Below, piece after piece: positions 27,603-38,151 of a DNA stretch of 38,151 nucleotides. The first letter of the stretch is position 1, and every line of letters begins with the position of its first letter. Where the stretch lies: NCBI GenBank assembly GCA_943704425.1, contig CALSCP010002682.1:1-38151 (forward strand). Direction: 5' to 3'. Under the pieces are notes generated by a model, which saw nothing but the letters and a program-made list of their open reading frames with translations, was not told the DNA's origin and made no database searches. Position numbers and translations under genes: made by a program. The stretch comes from Ministeria vibrans ATCC 50519 (taxonomy: Eukaryota > Protista > Filasterea).

Positions 27603-30600
27603 TTAGGACATGAATACCTCACGTGCCTTGGCTTCATATTGCGACGCAGAGACATTAGCGCACTCCAGAATCTGCATAAGACGTGCACGCAACGAGCCCG
27701 CATGACCTGTGCCGTCGTCACCCTTGCCGCTTTCGAGGAGCACCACCTGCGACGAACACTCCTCGGGACACTGGCTGGCCACTGTCTGTGCCAGCTTGCC
27801 AAAGACGCGCGTCGCCGAGATAACATGGCCAAAGGCGCGCAGCGAGTTAGCCTGCATGATGCGCGGCTCACCCGTAGTCGCGCTCTCCACGCTCACAAGC
27901 CGCAGAGACGTCAGCGCCGACTGCAGCGACAGCGCCATGTCGCCTAGCCGGGGTGCAAGCTGCAAGTGCGCCGACGACACGGCTCTCTCTCCCAGGGATA
28001 TCTCAGGCACATTCACATTCTCAAGCAACGACGCAAGAGACTGGTCGCCACAGGCAACGCTTGCTGCTCCACACTCGTTCTTGAGCAGCGCAAACGCACG
28101 CGAGAACAATTCAAAGAGCGCCGCAAGATCAGCGCGTGTCGACACTGCCGTCGCGCGCTCCATGCACACCGTCACATCCGAGCAGTCGTCGGTGATCTGG
28201 TATACTGGCGCCATGTTGAGATCATGGCGAGACGAGCTCCATGTCTCCTTCAAGGGCACCATCTGCGCATCGACATTTTCGCCGGCACTGCTTGTGCGCG
28301 AAAGCGCCTTTCCGCCCTCTTTGCTTCCCGGCGACGAATGGCCCGAGGTCAAAGGCTCGAGAATGGACACGCGCGTGCCAATGAGCGTCGCTGGGTTGGG
28401 CGAGGGAGACCGCGCGCCGGCTGGCGGAGCCATCAAGGTCGAGTGCCGAATGGCTGACTCGCTCTGAGTCGCACACAGCATCGATGAGGAGCCAGCCACA
28501 CCCTTATCGTGCACAATCGCCGGCATCGACGCTGACAGTGTCTGAGACGGCGCATTTGGCATCGACTTGACGCTGATGGAGGGTGAGGGCGGACCAGACA
28601 GGCGCGGACGTAACAGATCGCGAGGCAGTGGCACGGAGTCTTCAAGCGGAGGCGGTCCGTCGTTGTTGTTGCTGTTGGTGTTGCGCCCGACAGGGCTATT
28701 GTCAGTGTGTGTGCGTGGCACTGATACTGAAGCAAGCGACGAGAGGGCACGATGAAGCGACTTGGGACTCTCGAGTGCCGCATCGCGACTGTGTCGTGAC
28801 TCAAGCTCGTCGCGGGCAGACGACGCGCGTCCTGTGCTTGGCGCTGTGGCCGCCAGTAATGACGCATTGACACCTGCAGTGGGGGTTGCAGAGGGCGTGG
28901 GCGCTACAGTGGACGCCTTGGAGGAACCTTCGACAGGAGTGTCGTCGGTTAGTGACGAGCGCGTGTTGAGCTCGTCGTCGAGAAAGTCAAACAGATGCTG
29001 ATCGTCAATCTCGTCGCCATCGTCCCACTCGGCAATCGCCTCGTCGGCGTCCGTACGCTTGTCGTTGCCCGCTTCAATGATCGCGTCTGCCGTCGTATTG
29101 TCGCCTGTCAAGCGATGCTGGCTCGAGGTGGCTGCGAGCCGCAACGACGAACGGAACATGGGCGTCGTGCTGTTTACGGGCGCCGGTTTTCGTCCACAAG
29201 TTCGTACCACATGTGCCAGACGCTCGCGCGTTCGACGCTGCGATTGGATCGGTTGCGCCCACGACGATGTTCGCTTGGGGTCGAGGGCCGCCGGAATGTG
29301 CAAGGGCACCAGCGGGTTGCCCTCGTTGTCGACGAGCGACGGCGGACGGTTGAGCTGCTCGTGCAGCTGCTTCTGCTTGGACTTTTCCAGCACCAACTGC
29401 AGCACATGTGCCGCATACTCGTGCAAATCGCCTTGCAAGTGCTTGAGCACCGCGTTTGTTTCATCCTCACCAAACCCTGCCAGACCACAGTAGCGCAAAA
29501 AGGTCGCCATCATGACGAGCACAAAGCGTCGGTGATGGTCGTCCCCATTGGTCAGAATCTCACGCAGGAGCGGAAACACATTCTTGCCATCGCGCATGCA
29601 CGCATCACCAAGAAACCGGCAGAGCTGCTCGACCCACTCCTCGTCGGAGCGAGGATACGTGCACCGCTCGTAGACAAAGAGCATTTTGGCGACGTTGTTC
29701 ACCTGGCGCAACTTGCACGCCGTAATTAGACGACGCGCCGTCTCAAGCCGCTCCGTGTCCGGCGCAATGTACTCCTCCGCAAGGTACGGCACAAGTGCTG
29801 CAAAGTTGTAAAGAAACCCGTCGTTGTGAATAGTGTCCATAAAGGGCTCATGACACACGCTGGTGCAGTGCGACAAAAGCGTAATGGTCGCGTCGCGCGT
29901 CACCGGAGACGTCAGTCCCTTCAGCGTCATGTTCTGCACTCCATCAAAGTAGGGAGGCGCATGCCACTCAAGTTGCGAAGCAAGCTGAAATATGTTCTCC
30001 CAGCGCTCCGCCGTCGACATGAGCTGCAAAATGCGAGTCAACAATTTGACCGCCAACAAAAACTCCGCCTCGTGATCGCTGTCCATCACGGCAACCGCCG
30101 CCCAGAACACCTGTGGGTGCTCACTGATGCGCTCCGCCATCATCTCCAGTGTAACCAGCATCTCGATGGCATATCCACGCGCGTCCTCGCTCGCATCTAC
30201 AATAGACACGGATAGCCGCGCCAGCATGTCCCCCAGTGCCTGGCCCGTCAAGTGCCCGTCGAGCCCCCGCAACACCTGCAGCGAGCGCGCCGCATAATGT
30301 CGATCGCTGCACACCACCGCAACCCGATGGGCTTCCACAAACCAGTCCTGTCGCAGTCCTGGGATCGCCGCAGCCACCAACACTGCCATTTGACTCACCT
30401 ATACCAAAAAGAGAAAAATAAAATAATTATTATTANNNNNNNNNNNNNNNNNNNNNNNNNNNNNAGATCCACTAAAGCGAGGCGAGAGCACCAGCTTGCG
30501 CAAAAGTCCTGTAAGCAACTGACGCGACGTCTCGGCAACGTCGTCACGCTCGTGGTCCATGTTGAGAAAGCATCGGTGCACCAGCGGCGCAATGTTTCCG

Positions 30601-33600
30601 CGCAGTGGCTCTTCGAGGTCGACCGAAAGAGAGAGTACGTCAAGCAACAGGAACATGGCATAGTCACCACGTGTGAGGGGCGGCCCGTCCACCGCATCCG
30701 CCGACATGGGATTGAGCTTGCGTGTCGAGCCGCGTCCATACACACTGCCCCCTCCCAAAGTACTCGAGTCTCCACCACCACCACCACCACCGGTCGAGCC
30801 CGTACTAGAGTCGTGACTCGAAAAGATCGATCGAGCCGACGACTTGTACTGCAAGTCCGCTGAGGGGTTGGCCGTCGAGAGGAGTGCCAGCGTCGTCGAC
30901 AGCTGGTAGGGTTCTTCGTCTGGTTGCGAGTCACACGAGAGGCTGTCAACACGCACAAACGATCGACGTGCCGTAACAGCAGCAGCAGCAGCAGCAGCGG
31001 TATCAGCCGCGGCAGCAGTAGCAGTCATCGGCGCTGTAGCCTTTGATGGGGTCGTCGAGGTGGTCGCCGACGACGCTGCATTGGGGTGTCGACGACCTGC
31101 GTGGTTGGCTCGGGCGCTCCTCTCGCCGGGGCTTGACGCAGCCGTTTCTTTTGTTTTGGTACCACGCTCCAACTCGCTCTCGTCGTTGTGCTCGCGTGTG
31201 ATCACTCCTGGCAAAGGCACCATGCGTAACAGGACTGAAACGAGCGGGAGAATTTCAGAAGAGTCCCGCGCCGCACCGCACATAAGAGCAAACACGCGAC
31301 GGAGCATGGTCACCGAGAGACCCGCTTCGCAACAACGTACTGTGTGCGTGAGCAGTTGTACATTGGTGGCCGATCCCGCAGCCATAACGATGCGCCAGAT
31401 GGCGTGTAGTTGCTCTGACGAGATAAAGTCGCCATCGCACAGATGGGCGTGTAGCGAGAAACAAAGAATGCAGTCAAGCACGGCTGTGAGCGATAGGTCC
31501 ACCACAGAAAGCCATGGCTGCATGCACATGAGCATCTCGTTGCGCAGCTCGGGCGAATGGAGTTGACAAAAATGCGACGAGAAGGCCTCGAGCATGTCGA
31601 CCAAGCATGCCTGAGGAATGATCGAGACGAGACGCTTGCTCGCGAGTTGTTGGGCGCGTTCTGAGTGCTCCGGAAGCTCTAAACGCACCGGATCTGCGTC
31701 ATAGTGCGCCTCGTCGTTGGGCCACTCGTCGGAGCGCGGGTCACAAAATACAGCATGGTCCTGGGCGCCGACATCGTTGCCAGAGGCATCTTGCGTCGAG
31801 TCGTTTCGCCGAAGGTAGCGACGAATCATGTCGGGCAGACGCACATCGAGTAGCGCCAGCAGTCGCGCAGCTTGCACGCGCGTGTCTGCATCATTGTCGC
31901 CGCGCATGAGCAGAACCACTACACACGTTTCAAGCGGATGGAAGCCCTCCAAGACAGGCTCGACCAGCGGCGAACCAATGATCACGTCGGCGATGGCCGC
32001 AAATATGGCACTGCGTTGCAATGGTGACAGACGCTCGTCAGCACAGCGACTGGTGAGTTCGCGTGCGAGTCCATCAATATGGCGGTGGCGCAGCCACGAG
32101 ACGTACAGACGCACGGCAAGAAGAAAATTGGACGCAACCAGGTTGTCAATCCAGGCCAAAGGTGGCATTCGCTCCATGAGAGGCGGGCCCAGCAGGAGAG
32201 CGCCCACCGCCTGCGACGCCACAGTGATCAAAGGCATACGTACCCCTTCACCACGTTGCACAAGACGGTCCACGTGTGACAAATCCACCCTGCGCACCGT
32301 GAGTAGGTCCAGCATTGTCTCGCTTGCAAGCGACGCCGACGATTCGACACGTCGACGAGTTTTCACCGACCCGCCACCACCATTGCCGCCACCACCCCCG
32401 CTCAACGAGTTTCCGTAGCCCACACTGCTGTTCATGCTGTTGCCCACAGTCGTGGAGTCTGGCGACGTCGAAAAAGGGTCGCCCATGCCAATGGGAAGGT
32501 CGTCGGCCGAGACTCCTTGCGTCAGCGGCGGCATTACCGATACCCAGCCAGTGTTGGCGAGCGTCGTGACGAGCTCGGGCGCGACACCCTGAGCGTTGTA
32601 AATAGAGGGGCACCACTGGCACACAATGGCGTGCAACTGTTGCATGAGCTTCTTGGTGAACAGGCGCGGCTGGTGGTACACGCTGTCAGGGCCCCACACG
32701 AGCGACATGGTCTCAACCAGCAGACAAAAGTGCGAGCGGAACTCATCGTGATCTTGACGCGCGCCGACCGGCGACAACATGTCGAGCACGGGAAAAACCA
32801 AGTCGAGGTAGGAGCAGAGCGACAAGCAGAGGTCTTCGTCGTTGGCGGCCACCTCGCAGTGCATGGTGGGACACAGTTGGGCAATGAGACACGCGAAGGG
32901 AAGGAAGAAAACGTCACGACGACGTGAACTCTTGCTGCTCGAGCCACTTACGCGGTCACGCAGAACCGCCTCGCCCAGCACAGCGTTCACGTTGCACACA
33001 AGCAGGCCCACGTGGCTTGGCTCGGTGAACATGAGCGCGCACATGATCGACGAGCTAATGAGTTCCGAGCTGGACACGAGGAAGGGCAGGAGGAAGCGGT
33101 AGAGCTGCTCGACGGTGCGCATCGCACAGCTGTCGCGATTGACCATCTGGTCAATGGTCGCCGACGCCGACGCTCCCACGCCACCGACACTGCCTGCACC
33201 ACCGCTACCACCACTGCTACCACCACTGGTACTGATGCCACTGTTGCCAAGGAACGCATTGCGTTTGCCCGCAGGCGAGGGTGGCACCGAACGCGACGTG
33301 GGCGCGCTCGTACCGCCGCCACTCGAAGTGGTTGCCGAGGGAAACGCGTCGCCAGTGTCACCAATGCGATGCGCCGTCACACACGCAAAGAGCGCGTACG
33401 TGCACCACTCCTGCGTGGTGTCCATTTGCGCCGTGGCCGGCACCTGTGCACTCTTTCGCTTGTCCGTCTTGCTCCCCTCGACTCGACTACCCTTGGGAAT
33501 GAAGGCGTGGATGTCGTGCATGCCGGCAACTGCATGAGATAGACCAGCGTAGGCAGGATCAAAGGTTGTCGAGAGCGTCGTGAGAGGAGGCTGGAGCGCC

Positions 33601-36600
33601 ACAAGACGCTTGCACATCTCGCGCCAGGCACGACGCATTGCAAAGCGGCAGTGGGTGGAAAGGAGAGAGAAGAGTCGACCGTAGTCGCTGAGAAGCGTGT
33701 CGCTGTCGCTCTCAGACGTGTGCTGTCGGTCCGACTTGCGGAAAAAAGTGGTGGGTGTGTCGGCAGCGACGGTTGTCGTAAAACTGTCGCGTCGTGCCAT
33801 GAGTCGATCGCGCGCCACATTGCCCACATTGTCGTGACCGCCAATAGTCGTGAGACCCCGACGCGTATTGGCCGTGGCCAGGCGACGCGCCACAGACGCT
33901 GGCAAGGTCAGTGACGTTTCGCTGCCCACGTTGGGAATCTCCGCGAGAAGGGGTGCCGAGACCACACGCGAGCGCGTCGACGGAGGTCGGTAGCGCAGTG
34001 GTGGGCCGAGTTTCGAATCACTGCTGACCACGTCGCTCGACTCACAACCATCTCCACCACCACTGCCGGCACCCACGCCACCGCCACTAGAAACAGCGGA
34101 GCCTGTGTCCCCACCACCCAGGCCACCACCGCCTGTGCTACTTCCCACGGTGGAGGCACCACCAGTAGACACACCGGAGGCAGCCGCAGCAGCAGCTACA
34201 GAAGCACTGTTGGCGCCAGATGGACCAGTGTTTGCCATCAGCAATGGTTCGCCGAAGCTTCCGGAAGCACTGGCGTATGTGTTGGCAGCAGCGACCGCAG
34301 CAGCAGTGCTCATGTTGACGGCAGCAGCAGAAGCCGACAAGGGAGCGCTCGAAGCGTGTGAAAGTGCAACAGGATCCGACTCGACCGCACGGCCCGACAT
34401 ATTTCCGGACGTCTTGGTCGACATGTGGCTTACGGAACCTGATGGTTGAGTGACAAAGTTGCGCACACTAAGAAACGTCGAGCTCAGGTGACTCAGCCGC
34501 GAAATGGGCGCTGTTTGTCGCTGGACATGCGACGGCATTGAGAGCATCACGCTGCTGGTGTTTAGAATCCCGCTACCACTACCGCCGCCATTGCCGGCAG
34601 CGCCGCCACCGCCACCGCCACCGCCACCGGTGTGAACGAGAGAGCCACGCAGCACACGAATCATTTCGGGAGCATACTGGTCAATACAATCAAGAGCGCG
34701 CAGGCTTGGGTGCTGCTGGTCGGCAATCGCGGATGACGAAGAGCGCTGAGAGTGATCGCCAGCGAGAGACATGACTGACGAGCGGTACTGCAGCTTGTCA
34801 TCCTTGACGAGATCACCGGTGGCGGGAGCTGGGGTCGCCGATGATGAGGACGACTTGGTCGCTTGGTACTTTGAGGGAGACTGTTGCGGTGGCTTGAGAG
34901 TAGGGCCGCCAAACATGCTCGCCGACGCGGCATTGGGCGAGCCATCGGCAAGAACAATGCGGTCAGCGAGCGATTGGTTCCGCTGATGCGAGGCACGACC
35001 AGTTGTGCGACGCGCTCCGTCACCATCGCCAGCACTGCTACCACTGCTGTTGGCCGTGTCCAGGTTGGCCGCCGAGGCAACCGACGAGGGCTTCGCTGTC
35101 GTCGTGTCGAATACAGTGTCGTCGCCAGAGACCATTTGCTTCTCAAGCGAGCGCAGTTCACGAAGAATGTGCAGTCCAAGACGACGCGAAATAGGGCGTG
35201 TCGAACAAATCATGACAATGGCAAGTGCCTCTACGCTGCTGGCGGTGTCCTCCCACGAAACTCCGTCGCCCGACTCCCACTTTACGTCGGATGAGGAAGC
35301 GCCATCGCTGCCGTCGGCTGTGGCATTGGCGCCACCCGCCGAATGGAGCCCCGAGCCCTGCTTGAGCGCCGCAAGCATCGCCTTGTTTTCGAGCGACGAC
35401 AACACCGACGAGGAGGTGCCACCCTTCAGCTTGCGACCGCGCGTATCCTTCCACGTCTGTTGAGGTACCGACTTTGCCTGCTGTGCACGTTGCGCAATGA
35501 CACGCATCTGCTTGTCGGCAATCTCGGCAAGGGTCCACGCGTGCAAAAGCTGCACAATCATGCGCAGGACGCCCTCGACAACCAGCGGGTCGGTGATGTT
35601 GATGCCGTCGAGGACAAAGGCTGCGAGAGCACGCACGACCATGGAGCGCAAGTTGGGGCACGAAGCAATGATGCGCTTCATCGAAGTGTAGGCGGCACCG
35701 CGAACGTCCGCATCAATGTGAATGCTCATGCGCACCAGTAGCAACAACAGTTCGAGCGCCGCCATGTCGGGCGGAATGAAGCGCGGCAGACACTCAATGG
35801 CGACGCGAAAGAGCTCGACAAAGGGGCGTCGCTCGCTGTCGCTGGCACTCGACGATTTCTGCCGTAGCGATACATTGCTCATGAGAAACACATGGCCCAC
35901 GGTGGCATCGAGGGTGCGCAACAAGTAGCCAAATGAGTTGAGAAAGGGCACCATGTAGTCGCGCAGGCCGATTTCATCGGCGGCCGCCGCCGTGAGAATT
36001 GGACCGTGAGCAATGGCCGTGGCCGTCTTGGGCCCAAGCATGTCCAGGGTCGACGTGGTCATGCGTGACATGGTCCCAAAGTGACTCCCGGCAACGTTTC
36101 CGCCAAACACGGGTGTCATGGCGGACATCTGAGAGGGATTGCGGCCCACCGAGCGACCGCCTGCGCTCGACGTAGACCGCCCCACTCCCGCTGCAGTTCG
36201 TCTGACTGCACCACCACCACCTGTACCACCACCAACGCTGCCGCCACCCGCACCGGAGGAGCCAGCGCTACCAGACTGACCAAGGCTACCAGGCGTGCGC
36301 GCAGTCGACAATGTAGACGCGCCGACGGCCGCCTGGGAAATGGAACCCTTACGTGAGTGGGCACCCGGAAACAACGGTGCTCCCGACTTGTTGAGACGGC
36401 TGTTAACAATGGCAAGAAAGGCACGTAGCCCGATGATAGCGCGCTCAGGCACAATGCTGCTGCGGCCCATTGCCTTGACTTGGAAGAGCTCGAGCACAAT
36501 TTCACGCAGCGCAAAATCGGGCTTTTCTGCGGCAATAAACGAGATAATGTCAACGAGCACATCTGTATCGATGTCGCGCAGCACCACCGCTTTGTTTCCC

Positions 36601-37912
36601 TTGCTAAAGAGCACATCGACAATGGCCTTGAGGCGCTGCAGTGTCGTCGCGGACCCTTCGCCCTTGAGACGCACCACATAAACCCACAGCAGACGCCACA
36701 GACTCTCCACCGCAATGCGCACCATTGCCGTGTCCTTGTGTTGTTTGAGTGCCACCAGACAATGTTGTACAAAGTTTGTCCAATGTTCCACAAAAAAACG
36801 CTGGAAAAAAGAGGAGAAGTCGACAGACAATAAAGAAGAAAATGTCAGGTTCACCGTGAAAATTTCAAAAAAAAAAACAGACACAAAGAATACCTTTTGA
36901 GAGAGACACAAGAGAGCGGTGATGAGGGGAAACAGTGCCTGACTCTGCTTGGTCTTCTTCAGAGCATCAAGCGAGTTCTTGAAGAGCTCTTCGACAAAGG
37001 AGCGGACACAGGGGACGTTGACTTCGCTGTTGACGGTGGCGGCGAGCGGCACAAGCAGGTCGGTGAAGAGCGCGGCGTAGGCGGAGCGCAGCTCGACGTC
37101 ACTTTTGCGCAGCTCCACGAAGAACTTCGCAACGTCTTGGAGGAACTCAAAGGAGTCTTCGAGAGCCTGGATCGGAAAGAGGGGCAGGTGGAAGTAACGC
37201 ATGCCACGGACAACGCGCGCGAGTGCGTGTGTGCCGGTGGACGATTCGCGCAGGATGCGTAGGAAGCACTTGCGGACGCTGTTAAAGTGTGAGTGGGAGA
37301 GAACGCCCAGAACCTTGGCGTAGAGATCGACGACCTCGCGACCGATGGGTCGTGTGTAGATGGCCTCCGTGTTGAGGAGGAACGACATGGCAATCTCTTC
37401 GATAGAGTTGGCACGCGCCTCGCCAAGCGAGTCGGCGTTGCGCGAGAGCAACTCAATGAGCATGCGGCAGAAGAGGAAGTCGGCGGCAAGGAAGCGTGAG
37501 TCGCGCACAGTCGACGCGGCATCTTTCTTGTTGCCCAGTCGCTGTGCCAGATCCATATGAACGGCATCCTTTGCAGCCGCAATAGTTTTGTGCTGGGCGG
37601 CGCGCCACTCAAACAGCCGCGCCATGATGGGAGCATGCATGGAAATGGACCCGCACGCGGCAATGGCGCGGTCCAGCGCGGTGTCAATGCCGCCCCCGAG
37701 CGTCGACGACAACACCCCACTGTGCACACCAAACGTGCCCAGAATCGCTTCAATCATGCGCGACCCCGCAATTTCGCTGAACGACAGAAACGCCGCATCG
37801 GTAACAACTACAGGGGAGAGAGCGAGGAGGTGTGGTGAGACGGCGAAACGGTGTCAGTGCTGTCCTGATCATTATTACTCGTCGTCGATCCCGAACGGGG
37901 AATGCTACTCAT
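27603..37912 (-). CDS. FRY: Furry / FRY-like (Tao3/Mor2) HEAT-ARM scaffold, >=3350 aa; exons 37912-37879, 37807-36894, 36800-(N gap ~30465), 30398-27603
   Basis: Furry/MOR2-PAG1 signatures: RLFEWR, ADFLFCRMLIELL, YAKVLGVLS, LVPLAATVNSEVNVP, ESLWRLLWVYVVRLKGE, PERAIIGLRAFLAI, LFRVAIECLPRFIP, and CSDRHYAARSLQVLRGL ... VFWAAVAVMDSDHEAEF ... FDGVQNMTLKGLTS. The first exon (MSSIPRSGSTT) is inferred from a phase-compatible 71-nt GT-AG intron. The donor of the last intron lies in the N gap 30436-30464. Confidence 0.88.
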
Positions 37913-38063
37913 TGGGTGCGCCAATAACAGCGACCGAGTTTCAATGCGTAAGCAGTGCCAACTGAACTGACGACTGACAAAAAGATTCAGCAAAGGAAAA
38001 GTAAAAATTATTTGAATTTTGAAGTTTGAAGTATTGAACTTGAGAGTTTAGTCTTGAAGATGA

Positions 38064-38065
<2 letters not shown>

Positions 38066-38151
<86 letters not shown>
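38066..38151. repeat. Poly(T) run at window end
   Basis: About 86 consecutive T. Confidence 0.95.

Noticed and set aside
30399-30464. Treating ORFs 27603-30398 and 30399-37757 as two genes or as a pseudogene break
   Set aside because: They carry consecutive Furry regions, separated by an AT-rich intron end with a TAG acceptor whose donor lies in the N gap.

Overview
Gene-dense, intron-containing eukaryotic DNA with (CA)n/(CT)n microsatellites packed into short GT-AG introns. The style and gene content point to a unicellular holozoan, most likely a choanoflagellate (inference). I reconstructed eight protein-coding genes by hand: TRAP-alpha/SSR1 (+), NSF/Sec18 (-, 16 exons), a small JTB homologue that the ORF track does not recover (-, 4 exons), two tandem giant adhesion GPCRs (+), a membrane-anchored bacterial-type S1/P1 nuclease (Zn-PLC/P1 fold) with a large inserted domain (-), a secreted EGF + GH43-clan beta-propeller protein (+), and a Furry/Tao3 scaffold (-). 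The most notable system is the adhesion-GPCR pair. Each has a signal peptide, a dibasic site, a variable Cys-rich tip, 24 or 19 Notch-type Ca-binding EGF repeats, an EGFR/insulin-receptor-like L-domain solenoid, a GAIN/GPS with an intact H-L|T-N-F cleavage site, 7TM, and a tail ending in a PDZ-type ligand. The two paralogues show patchy near-identical tracts and an exact 5-EGF (570 nt) copy-number difference bounded by a 19-nt direct repeat. The window starts in poly-A, ends in poly-T and has three N gaps.
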